This document shows positions 19,638 to 28,155 of a stretch of 64,000 bases of DNA, in pieces. The stretch is from an uncultured Eubacteriales bacterium. Its GTDB lineage: Bacteria; Bacillota; Clostridia; Oscillospirales; CAG-272. The notes beneath the pieces are model-generated. The model was not told the origin of the DNA. It saw only the letters and a list, made by a program, of their open reading frames with translations, and did not search any database. Within the stretch, counting starts at the first letter, position 1; each line of letters opens with the position of its first letter. Made by a program: the position numbers and the translations under genes. The stretch is taken from positions 25,173 to 89,172 of the forward strand of contig CAKSZH010000011.1 in the NCBI GenBank assembly GCA_934525675.1, read 5' to 3'.

Positions 19638-21986
19638 ATGACAAGCAAAGAAAATCGCTGTGTGGTAACGGGGCTTGGTCTTGTCAGCGCGATCGGCGGC
19701 AATGTCGCGGAGTGCTGGGAGAATGCCATCCGTTCCGTCAGCGGGATCAGAGAAACAAATACGGTCGATACCGAAAACTGTTATGCAAACCTTGCGGCGG
19801 AAGTCCGCGACCCCTCTGTCGATGAGGTGCCGGGCGCCGCGGACATGGACCGCGCATCCCGTCTTTGCGTCAAGGCGTCCGCGGAAGCTATGCGCGACGC
19901 GGGACTGGAGACCTTCGGCGATTCGACCCGTGCAAGCGTTATTATGGGCAGCTGCGTCGGCGGCGTGGTCAGCGTGGAGCATTACTACAAGAACGGCAAG
20001 CCTGCGTCCGACGTGGTGAAAATGCCGATCTCCGCGATTGCGAATCAGGTCGCACGCACCTTCGGTGCGGGCGGCGTTGTGACCAACGTGGCAAACGCCT
20101 GCGCGGCGGGCACCATCAGTATTGCCTATGCCTGCGACCTCATCCGCGCGGGAAAGGCGGATGTCGTCATTGCCGGCGGTGCGGACGCATTCGCGTCGGT
20201 GCCGTATGCGGGATTCCTGTCGCTCCATGCGCTGGATGCACAACCCTGCTCCCCCTTCAACCGTTGCAGCGGTATCACGCTCGGTGAAGGCTCTGGCACT
20301 GTCATCGTCGAATCCTACGAGCACGCAAAGGCGCGCGGCGCGAAGATTTATTGCGAGGTGCTGGGTGCCGGCGTCAGCAGTGACGCGCACCACATCACCG
20401 CTCCCCGTCCCGACGGAGAAGGGCAGATGCACGCCATCCGCCGCGCACTCGAAAATTCGGGCCTTACGCCCGCCGATGTGGGCTACATCAACGCGCACGG
20501 AACCGGTACCGCCAAGAACGATGAGGCGGAATTCCTGTCGCTTCACACCATCTTTGACGGTCAGAACGATGATCTCACCGTGACCTCCACCAAAGCCATG
20601 GTCGGTCACTGCCTCGGCGCCGCAGGCGCAGTCGAAGCGGTGTTTGCCATCAAGGCGCTGACCGAGGGAATCATTCCCCCGACGGTCGGTTACACCGAGG
20701 AGGATCTGCCCCGCCTTCAAGAGCGTGCGGGCAAGATTGACTTCTGTCCCAACAAGGCAGAAAAGAAAGAGCTGACGAGCGTCATGAGCAACTCCTTTGC
20801 GTTTGGCGGCAACAACGCAAGCATCCTGTTCTCCAAGACCGAGGGAAATGTACAGCTTCCCGAAAAACGCGAGCGCATCTTTGTCACGGGCCTTGGCATC
20901 GTCTCCCCGATCGGCAACGGCGTGGAGAATTATGTGGACACCGTCAGGGCGGACAAGACGCTTGAGGTGACCTCGGCACAGAGCGCGGTCGGTCAGGCGG
21001 ATTATGCCGCGTGCAATCTCAAGATGGCGTTCTACCGCAAGCTCGATAAGTTCAGCCAACTGCAGGCAGTCTCCGGCATGAGCGCGCTTCTTGACGCGAA
21101 CCTGACCGTGACCGACGAAAACGCGACCGACATCGGTATCGTGGTCGGCACCTCGGACGGACCGCTGTCCACCGTCTGCAATTATGAAGAGGATCTGGTT
21201 GCCAAGGGCAACGCGGCGGGCAGTGCCTTCAAGTTCCCCAACACCGTGTACAACGCGGCGGGCGGCTACCTGTCCATCTGCTCCGGCATCCGCGGCTACA
21301 ACGTCACCGTGACGAGCGGCACCCAGTCGGGGCTTGCCAGCATCGCGTATGCCGTGAACGTCATCCGGAGCGGTCAGGAGAAGGCGGTCCTTGCGACGGG
21401 TACCGATGAAAACAGCGAGATCATCACGGAGCTTTATGAAAAGCTCGGCTGTGTCACCGACGGAAAGAGCGACGGCTTCCGTCTCTCCGACGGCAGTACC
21501 ACGATGGTGCTGGAAAGCGAATCCGGCATGACGGCGCGCGGCGCGAAGGCATACGCCGAAGTCCTCGGCTACGGCATGGCGACAAAGCCCGTTCCGTTCG
21601 GAACGCTTGCAGGCTCGGGCGAGGCGCTCGACGAAGCGATCAGCGCCGCGCTCTCCGACGCCGGTCTTACCGCAAATGACATCGACGGCGTGGTCGGTTT
21701 TGCCGACGGTAAGAAGGTCGTGGATGACATGGAAGCGGCTTCGCTTGCCCGTGTGTTCGGCGACAGAAAACTCCCCGTTTTCAATATCCACAGATATGTG
21801 GGTGAGGGCAGAGCCGCGACCGCGGCACTTTCCGCCGCACACGCCGCGCTCCTGCTTTCGGGCAGACTCGGCGACGAGGTGAAGAGCGAGAACCTCGGTA
21901 CGGTCAGAGCGGACAACCTCAGCAGGCTGCTGGTCATCTCCTACGGTGCCGGCGGCTCCTATGCGGCAGTCATTCTCTCGAAATAA
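19638..21986 (+). CDS. Fused beta-ketoacyl synthase: active KS domain plus Cys-less KS-like (chain-length-factor-like) domain
   Basis: The N-terminal half has ANACAAGT (Cys), SDAHHITAP (His) and NAHGTGT (His). The C-terminal half aligns (ASIAYAVNVIRSG vs ISIAYACDLIRAG) but has TSGTQSG at the Cys site and GFADGKK at the second His site. Confidence 0.85.
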   Translation: MTSKENRCVVTGLGLVSAIGGNVAECWENAIRSVSGIRETNTVDTENCYANLAAEVRDPSVDEVPGAADMDRASRLCVKASAEAMRDAGLETFGDSTRASVIMGSCVGGVVSVEHYYKNGKPASDVVKMPISAIANQVARTFGAGGVVTNVANACAAGTISIAYACDLIRAGKADVVIAGGADAFASVPYAGFLSLHALDAQPCSPFNRCSGITLGEGSGTVIVESYEHAKARGAKIYCEVLGAGVSSDAHHITAPRPDGEGQMHAIRRALENSGLTPADVGYINAHGTGTAKNDEAEFLSLHTIFDGQNDDLTVTSTKAMVGHCLGAAGAVEAVFAIKALTEGIIPPTVGYTEEDLPRLQERAGKIDFCPNKAEKKELTSVMSNSFAFGGNNASILFSKTEGNVQLPEKRERIFVTGLGIVSPIGNGVENYVDTVRADKTLEVTSAQSAVGQADYAACNLKMAFYRKLDKFSQLQAVSGMSALLDANLTVTDENATDIGIVVGTSDGPLSTVCNYEEDLVAKGNAAGSAFKFPNTVYNAAGGYLSICSGIRGYNVTVTSGTQSGLASIAYAVNVIRSGQEKAVLATGTDENSEIITELYEKLGCVTDGKSDGFRLSDGSTTMVLESESGMTARGAKAYAEVLGYGMATKPVPFGTLAGSGEALDEAISAALSDAGLTANDIDGVVGFADGKKVVDDMEAASLARVFGDRKLPVFNIHRYVGEGRAATAALSAAHAALLLSGRLGDEVKSENLGTVRADNLSRLLVISYGAGGSYAAVILSK

Positions 21987-22103
21987 GAGCACCGGTCAGT
22001 CATATCCCGGGGTGCTTCCGGGGGCGGACTGCCGGGATGCCGGGCGGACAGATCAGACGAAGCCCGGAGTATCAAATATTCCGAAGAAAGGAATCACGAA
22101 ATC

Positions 22104-22835
22104 ATGAAGGTTGCGGTTGTTACCGGCGCGTCCCGCGGAATCGGACGTGCCGTGGCGGAACGTCTTGCCGCCGACGGCTATACGGTCGTCATCAATTACA
22201 GTCACAGCGAGGAGGCGGCAAAAGAGGTACTGGAGGGAATCCGTTCCCGCGGCGGCGACGGCATGATCGTCAAAGCCGACGTGTCGGTCTTGGACGAGGT
22301 CAGGCGCATGATCCGCGAGGTCACCGCGGCATACGGACAGATCGACGTGCTCGTCAACAATGCGGGCATCGTCCGCGACGAGTATCTGCTTATGCTGAAC
22401 CCGGAAACGCTTGACAAATGCGTGGATCTCAACATCAAGGGCTACCTTTACTGCGCCCAGCAGGCGGTGCTCAAAATGTTCCGCAGGAAATCCGGCGTTA
22501 TCATCAATATGTCGTCGGTCAGCTCCCGCATGGCGCTGGCAGGGCAGTGCGTGTACAGCGCAACCAAGGGCGCGGTCAACTCCATGACGGCGACCATGGC
22601 GAAGGAGCTGGCACCCTACGGTATCCGCGTCAACGCGGTCGCACCCGGCTTCATTGAGACCGAGATGATCGACGCGCTTCCCGCGGAAAAGAAGGAAGAG
22701 TATCTGAAGGAGGTCCCGCTCGGACGTTTCGGACGCGCCGGGGACGTGGCGGCGGTCGTTTCCATGCTGGCAAGCGATGCCTGCGCGTATATGACGGGAC
22801 AGACGCTCGTGCTGGACGGAGGACTGTCGCTATGA
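22104..22835 (+). CDS. fabG: 3-oxoacyl-ACP reductase (SDR)
   Basis: VTGASRGIGRA cofactor motif. SxnYxxxK (YSATK). 243 aa. Confidence 0.9.
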   Translation: MKVAVVTGASRGIGRAVAERLAADGYTVVINYSHSEEAAKEVLEGIRSRGGDGMIVKADVSVLDEVRRMIREVTAAYGQIDVLVNNAGIVRDEYLLMLNPETLDKCVDLNIKGYLYCAQQAVLKMFRRKSGVIINMSSVSSRMALAGQCVYSATKGAVNSMTATMAKELAPYGIRVNAVAPGFIETEMIDALPAEKKEEYLKEVPLGRFGRAGDVAAVVSMLASDACAYMTGQTLVLDGGLSL

Positions 22836-23284
22836 TGAACATCGTGGACATCAACAGCCGCATCAAACAGCGCCCGCCGTTCCAGATGATCGAGCGCGTG
22901 ACCGACCTGACCCCCGGCGAGAGCGCGGAGGGTATCAAGAACGTTTCGGTCAACGAGCCGTATTTCATGGGACATTTTCCGGGAGCACCGATCATGCCGG
23001 GCGTGCTCATCATCGAAAGCTGTGCGCAGCTCTGCTCGCTCGTCATCGAGGAAGCCCCCGACGAAAATCATTTGTATGTCCTCCTCAAGGTGGACAATTT
23101 CAAGTTTGTCAAGCCGGTGATTCCGGGTGACACGCTTCACATCCATGTAACCAAGACCCGCGCGGCGGGACCTCTCACCTCGTTTGACGCGGTGGTGACG
23201 GTGGACGGTGCAGTGCGCGCCAAGGGGTCGATGACTTTTACCGCGGTGCCGAAGGAAACGGTGTTCGGTCATCCGGAGGCGTAA
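22832..23284 (+). CDS. fabZ: 3-hydroxyacyl-ACP dehydratase
   Basis: Hot-dog motif YFMGHFPGAPIMPGVLIIES. ATGA overlap with fabG. Confidence 0.9.
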   Translation: MMNIVDINSRIKQRPPFQMIERVTDLTPGESAEGIKNVSVNEPYFMGHFPGAPIMPGVLIIESCAQLCSLVIEEAPDENHLYVLLKVDNFKFVKPVIPGDTLHIHVTKTRAAGPLTSFDAVVTVDGAVRAKGSMTFTAVPKETVFGHPEA

Positions 23285-23296
23285 ACCGCGCGGCAT

Positions 23297-23413
23297 CGGG
23301 CAAACAAGACCGCGCGGCGCAGGTGCCGGGCGGACACCCGGCGGGCAGCCCGGCAAACGAAACCCGACGTGGAGCAGGCAACACCGGGCAAACAGCCCGG
23401 CAGCCGGGCAAGC
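23297..23413 (+). repeat. Four copies of a C(C)GGGCAA(A/G)C decamer in the fabZ-fabD spacer
   Basis: cgggcaaac at 23297, cccggcaaac at 23349, ccgggcaaac at 23384, ccgggcaagc at 23404. Confidence 0.7.
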
Positions 23414-23508
23414 GGGACCGTGCCGGAAAAAGAGAATCCGGCGCACGGCGCAATGCCGGGTACTATCAAGGAAAGGAAATCTTCCCGACGGGAAGAGGGG
23501 ATACATCC

Positions 23509-24432
23509 ATGAAAAAGATCGCTTTTCTGTTTGCGGGACAGGGCGCGCAGAGCGCGGGCATGGGCAAAGACCTTTACGGGGCGAATGCCGGGGCGCACGC
23601 GCTGTATGATAACGGCGAGGCGCTCCGTCCGGGAACGCTTCAGACCTGCTTTGAGGGCCCCGGCGACGAGCTGACCAGAACCGAAAACGCACAGCCCTGT
23701 CTCTTTCTCACCGACCTTGCGTTTGCAGAGGCACTGGAAGAGGCGGGCGTGCACGCGTCCTTTGCCGCAGGCTTTTCGCTCGGCGAGATCCCCGCGCTTG
23801 CGTTTACGGGCGTACTCTCCTTTGCGGACGCGTTCCGTCTTGTGACGCTTCGCGGCGAGAGCATGGCAAAGGCGGCAATCGAGCATCCCGGCTCCATGGC
23901 GGCTGCGCTTAAATTGGACAATGAGACCGTCGAATCCGTCTGCCGCGAGTTCCGGGAAATCTGGCCCGTCAACTACAACTGCCCGGGACAGCTTTCCTGC
24001 GCGGGCAGTCTTGACGAGCTGGACGCATTCTGCGAGCGCATCAAGGCATCTGGCGGCAGAGCGGTGCGTCTTGCGGTCAGCGGTGCGTTCCACACCCCGT
24101 ATCTGAGCGGCGTGACCGACATTCTTGCCGGCGCTTTGGAAAAGATGGACGTGAAGGCTCCCCGCATTCCGCTGTACGCGGATCTGACCGGCGAACCTTA
24201 CCCCGCGGACGCGGAGGGAATCCGGGCAACCGTGTCAAGGCAGGTGTCCTCCCCCGTGCGCTGGGAGAAGGCTGTCCGCGCCATGAAGGACGCGGGAGTT
24301 GAGGCGTTCGTGGAGGTCGGACCCGGCAAGACCCTCACGGGACTGGTGAAGAAGACCTTCCCCGATGCGGAAACGTACACGGTCAACGACATTCCGTCCC
24401 TTGAGGCGGCGGTCGCGGCACTGAAGGATTGA
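23509..24432 (+). CDS. fabD: Malonyl-CoA:ACP transacylase
   Basis: MKKIAFLFAGQGAQ start. Active-site GFSLGE. The track ORF 23323.. includes a non-coding-looking extension. Confidence 0.9.
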   Translation: MKKIAFLFAGQGAQSAGMGKDLYGANAGAHALYDNGEALRPGTLQTCFEGPGDELTRTENAQPCLFLTDLAFAEALEEAGVHASFAAGFSLGEIPALAFTGVLSFADAFRLVTLRGESMAKAAIEHPGSMAAALKLDNETVESVCREFREIWPVNYNCPGQLSCAGSLDELDAFCERIKASGGRAVRLAVSGAFHTPYLSGVTDILAGALEKMDVKAPRIPLYADLTGEPYPADAEGIRATVSRQVSSPVRWEKAVRAMKDAGVEAFVEVGPGKTLTGLVKKTFPDAETYTVNDIPSLEAAVAALKD

Positions 24433-24479
24433 TCCCACGGGCAGAATACCCGGGAACGGATCGGATAGGAGAGAACCGA

Positions 24480-25310
24480 ATGGAAACAATGTCCTTAAAG
24501 CACCTGACGCTTGCGGATTACCTCGGAAGCGACAGGACGGTCAGATGCGAGAAATGTAAAGAAGAACTCAAGGAAAGCGAGCTTGCCGCAGGGTCGTTTG
24601 TCTGCCCCCTTTGCGGCAAGTACAACCGGATGCCCGCACGCGTCCGCATTGAATCGCTTGTCGATGAAGGTTCCTTTGAGGAAATGTGGGAAAATGTTGT
24701 CGGCGGAGACCCGATCGGTTTTCCCGATTATCCCGCGAAATGCGAGTCGTCGAGAGAGAAGAGCGGCGAGAGCGAGGGCGTTCTTTGCGGAAGAGCAAAG
24801 ATTGGCGGACACAGGACCTGCCTTTTTGTCATGGAATCAAAGTTTATGATGGGCTCCATGGGCACGGTGGTCGGCGACCGCATCACCGCACTGTTTGAAT
24901 ATGCAACGAGAGAGAAACTGCCCGTGGTCGGCTACACGGTGTCGGGCGGTGCCAGAATGCAGGAGGGAATGCTTTCGCTCATGCAGATGGAGAAGACCTC
25001 CGCGGCGATCCGCCGTCACAACGACGCGGGACTGTTTTACCTCGTTTCCGCGACCGACCCGACCACGGGCGGCGTGACCGCGAGCTTCGCCATGCTGGGG
25101 GATGTCATCATCTCGGAGCCGGGCGCGCAGATCGGCTTTGCCGGCAAGCGCGTGGTGGAGCAGGTGACGGGCGAAAAATTGCCCGAAAACTTCCAGAGCG
25201 CGGAATTTCAGCTCGAAAACGGCTTCCTCGACGCAATCGTTCCCCGCGGGGAACAGCGCGCGTTTGTCCGCCGTATGCTGGAATTTCATGAAGGGGGGAG
25301 ACAAGCATGA
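24480..25310 (+). CDS. accD: Acetyl-CoA carboxylase carboxyltransferase beta subunit
   Basis: N-terminal zinc ribbon CEKC...CPLC. RBS GGAGAG upstream of the ATG at 24480. Confidence 0.9.
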   Translation: METMSLKHLTLADYLGSDRTVRCEKCKEELKESELAAGSFVCPLCGKYNRMPARVRIESLVDEGSFEEMWENVVGGDPIGFPDYPAKCESSREKSGESEGVLCGRAKIGGHRTCLFVMESKFMMGSMGTVVGDRITALFEYATREKLPVVGYTVSGGARMQEGMLSLMQMEKTSAAIRRHNDAGLFYLVSATDPTTGGVTASFAMLGDVIISEPGAQIGFAGKRVVEQVTGEKLPENFQSAEFQLENGFLDAIVPRGEQRAFVRRMLEFHEGGRQA

Positions 25311-26170
25311 GCAACGAAGTGAACGAAATGTCCGTATATGACAAGATCCGCTGTACCCGTAAGGCGGGACGCGCCACGGCAGTGGATTACATCGGCGGAA
25401 TCTTCACGGATTTCACCGAACTGCACGGCGACCGCCGCTTTGGCGACGACCACGCGATTGTCGCGGGAATCGCAAAGTTGGACGGAAAGCCCGTCACGGT
25501 CATCGGAATCGAAAAAGGTCATGACCTGACCGAGCGGATGTACCGCGACTTCGGCTGTGTCCTTCCGGAAGGTTACCGCAAGGCGCTCCGCCTGATGAAG
25601 GAGGCGGAGAAGTTTCATCGTCCCGTCGTATGCTTTGTGGATACCCAGGGCGCAAGCTGCGGCAAGGGCGCGGAGGAAAGAGGCGAGGGCGCCGCAATCG
25701 CGGAGAATCTTTATGAAATTTCCGGGCTCAGAACCCCCGTCATCACGGTGATGATCGGTGAGGGCGGAAGCGGCGGCGCACTTGCGCTTGCCGTGGCGGA
25801 CGAGGTCTGGATGCTGGAGAACGCTTATTATGCGGTGGTTTCCCCCGAAGCCTGCGCAAGCATTCTCTTCAAGGACGCGTCGCGCGCGGACGAGGCGGCG
25901 GAGCATCTGAAGCTGACGGCGAATGATCTCTACGGCTTCGGCATCGTGGAAAAGATCATTCCCGAGCCGAAGGATTTCCGCGACGCGGACGAGGTGGCAA
26001 AGCTGATGAAGCACCTGTCCCGCGAGCTGTCCGCAAAGCTGCATTCGCTTGCAAAGCTTGACGACGAAGCACTGCTTGCCGCGAGATACGAAAAGTACCG
26101 CAAGATCGGCAGATATGAAGAGATCGCCGCGGCGCCGACCGAAAGGCATCGGTTCTTCCGCCATGGATAA
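25307..26170 (+). CDS. accA: Acetyl-CoA carboxylase carboxyltransferase alpha subunit
   Basis: GGSGGALAL motif. ATGA overlap with accD. Confidence 0.9.
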   Translation: MSNEVNEMSVYDKIRCTRKAGRATAVDYIGGIFTDFTELHGDRRFGDDHAIVAGIAKLDGKPVTVIGIEKGHDLTERMYRDFGCVLPEGYRKALRLMKEAEKFHRPVVCFVDTQGASCGKGAEERGEGAAIAENLYEISGLRTPVITVMIGEGGSGGALALAVADEVWMLENAYYAVVSPEACASILFKDASRADEAAEHLKLTANDLYGFGIVEKIIPEPKDFRDADEVAKLMKHLSRELSAKLHSLAKLDDEALLAARYEKYRKIGRYEEIAAAPTERHRFFRHG

Positions 26171-26936
26171 TTCCTTGAACTCTCCCGCGTGGACCTGGGG
26201 TGAACGGCGGGACACAAAAAAGATTCTGGTGCTCAACGGCAGCCCCCGCCGGGGAGGGAGCGCGACTATGCGCGTGACGGGCGCGTTTCTTCGCGGCGTG
26301 ACGGAAACCGCCCCCTGTGAAGTGGAAACGCTGAACGTTTCCGACCTTCACATCAAGCCCTGCATGGGCTGCCTTTCCTGCTGGGGAAGGACCGAGGGGA
26401 CCTGCGTGATCTCGGACGATGACATCCCCGCGCTCAAGCAGAAGATTCTTGACGCGGATGTGATTCTGCTCAGCTATCCGCTGTATTTCTTCGGAATGCC
26501 CGGAACCGTCAAGGTTATGACCGACCGTCTGCTTTCCATGCTGTGTACCTACCGCGGGCAGAAGCCGGTCGAGGGCGAGTCCTTTCACGGAATCCGTTAC
26601 GATATGTCGGGAAAGCGTTTTCTGCTGGTTTCCACCTGCGGTTATGCACAGACCGACCTGATCTATGACGCACTGCTCCGTGAGTACGACTGCATCTGCG
26701 GCACCGGTGGCTATCAGGCGTTGCTTTGCCCGCAGGGCAAGGTGTTTTCGGCGCCGGAGCTGCGCGACCGCACCGACCTGTTTCTTGAAAAATTCACCCG
26801 TGCGGGCGAGGAATTTGCAAAGAACGGCGTGCTTTCGGAGGAAACACTGAAGCATTTGCAGGAGCCGCCGTTCAATGAACGCAGGTTCCGGCTTCTGCTG
26901 AACAAATTCTGGAACGACGAGAAAAACGGACACTGA
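26163..26936 (+). CDS. Flavodoxin-fold NAD(P)H-dependent FMN reductase / iron-sulfur flavoprotein-like protein
   Basis: KKILVLNGSPRRGGS...CMGCLSCW...LLSYPLYFFGMPG. Internal ATG overlapping the accA end. The start is uncertain. Confidence 0.65.
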   Translation: MDNSLNSPAWTWGERRDTKKILVLNGSPRRGGSATMRVTGAFLRGVTETAPCEVETLNVSDLHIKPCMGCLSCWGRTEGTCVISDDDIPALKQKILDADVILLSYPLYFFGMPGTVKVMTDRLLSMLCTYRGQKPVEGESFHGIRYDMSGKRFLLVSTCGYAQTDLIYDALLREYDCICGTGGYQALLCPQGKVFSAPELRDRTDLFLEKFTRAGEEFAKNGVLSEETLKHLQEPPFNERRFRLLLNKFWNDEKNGH

Positions 26937-27062
26937 CGAACCGTGCAGCTTCATCCGGTAATTGCCGGTCGTGTCGCCGCTCCTGTACCCGCAGACGAAA
27001 AAACGGAAGTTTCCCGGGAAAAGTTTTCCCGGCGGAAAAACGACAGAAGGGAGACCGCTTTT

Positions 27063-27809
27063 ATGTTCTGGAAAAAGTTTGAAATCCGTTTCAGTGAGAC
27101 CGACGAAAGCGGCTGTCTTTCCATGTCGGGGCTTCTCCGCCTGTTCCAGGACGTGGGATATTTTCACGCGCTGGCAAGAGGCAGAGGGAACACTCCCGTA
27201 AGAACGTCATCCGGCACCGTGCCGGCTCCCGCGGAAAACCAGAAGCGGACGTGGTATCTGCTCTCCTGGCACATTGAAGCCATGAGAATGCCCGTCTGCG
27301 GCGAGGCGGTTACGGCGGAGACCTGGATTTATTTTTCCGGCGGCTCCATCGCAAAAAAGCAGCTGCTCCTCCGTTCCGCGGACGGCGAGATCCTTGCCGT
27401 CGGCGATACGCGCTGGGTGTACATGGATGTGCTGACGGGACAGCCCGCCATCCCGCCGGAGGGCGTCTGGCTTCCGGAGGACTTCGGCGAGCGGCTGCCG
27501 CTTGCAGAAAAGGTGGAGCGGCTTCGCCCGCGCCGCCCGACGGACGCGGAAACCGTGGCGCTTCCGCACGACTGTGTGGACGCGCGGCTCCTTGACATCA
27601 ACCATCACGCCAACAACGTGCTCTTTACCGAGTACGCCATGACGCTCGCTTCCAGGCGGACGGGGTGCCGTTTCCTTGCGGCGGAGTTTCTCCGGCAGGC
27701 GAAGGCGGGCGCGGAGCTTTGCCCGTATCTTTCCTCTGACGGAGAAGGGAAAACCGTGACGGTCACGGACGGGGAGGGAACTCCTTATGCCGTGTTCCGC
27801 TTTGTGTGA
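27063..27809 (+). CDS. Acyl-ACP thioesterase family protein
   Basis: MFWKKFEIRFSETDESG...LLSWHIE...LDINHHANNVLF. Double hot-dog thioesterase pattern. Confidence 0.78.
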   Translation: MFWKKFEIRFSETDESGCLSMSGLLRLFQDVGYFHALARGRGNTPVRTSSGTVPAPAENQKRTWYLLSWHIEAMRMPVCGEAVTAETWIYFSGGSIAKKQLLLRSADGEILAVGDTRWVYMDVLTGQPAIPPEGVWLPEDFGERLPLAEKVERLRPRRPTDAETVALPHDCVDARLLDINHHANNVLFTEYAMTLASRRTGCRFLAAEFLRQAKAGAELCPYLSSDGEGKTVTVTDGEGTPYAVFRFV

Positions 27810-28018
27810 GCGGGGAAGCCGGAAAGGGTATCCGGCAAAGTCCTTGTCAACCGGAAGAATTCTGCCGGATGGAGAGCGGAAGTCCCGGCTTTGAGGAGGG
27901 GTACCTTGCGGTGCTTGTGCTTCCCCCTTTCCGAGCACGGTTTTTTTGCCCCGGTTGCACGATATGTTGCTTCCGGACATCTCCGGTCAAAACTCTTTTC
28001 CAAAGGATCTGTCCCCGA

Positions 28019-28050
28019 AGAACCACCGTTTTGCACGGCGGTTCTTTTTT
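28019..28050 (+). terminator. Rho-independent terminator after the lipid cluster
   Basis: agaaccaccg-ttttgca-cggcggttct stem (one mismatch) followed by tttttt. A weaker T7-tailed hairpin also lies at ~27908-27947. Confidence 0.6.
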
Positions 28051-28065
28051 GCCGCTCTTTGTCGA

Positions 28066-28094
28066 TTGACATGCGGCGGGGTTCGTGGTATAAT
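28066..28094 (+). promoter_or_regulatory. Consensus promoter of map
   Basis: TTGACA (28066-28071), 17-nt spacer, TGgTATAAT (28089-28094). Confidence 0.75.
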
Positions 28095-28155
28095 CAAAAG
28101 AGAGAGGCGCGGGCGCCGGAATTCTGGCGGGCCGTGACAGAAAGAAGGGATTTCC

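Noticed and set aside
19578-21992. 804-aa minus-strand ORF
   Set aside because: It is the exact antisense shadow of the KS/KS-like fusion gene, which has clear catalytic motifs.
23323-23508. 62-aa N-terminal extension of FabD in the ORF track
   Set aside because: The extension is Gly/Arg/Pro-rich and translated from the CCGGGCAAAC repeat spacer. The canonical FabD N-terminus (MKKIAFLFAGQGAQ) starts at 23509.
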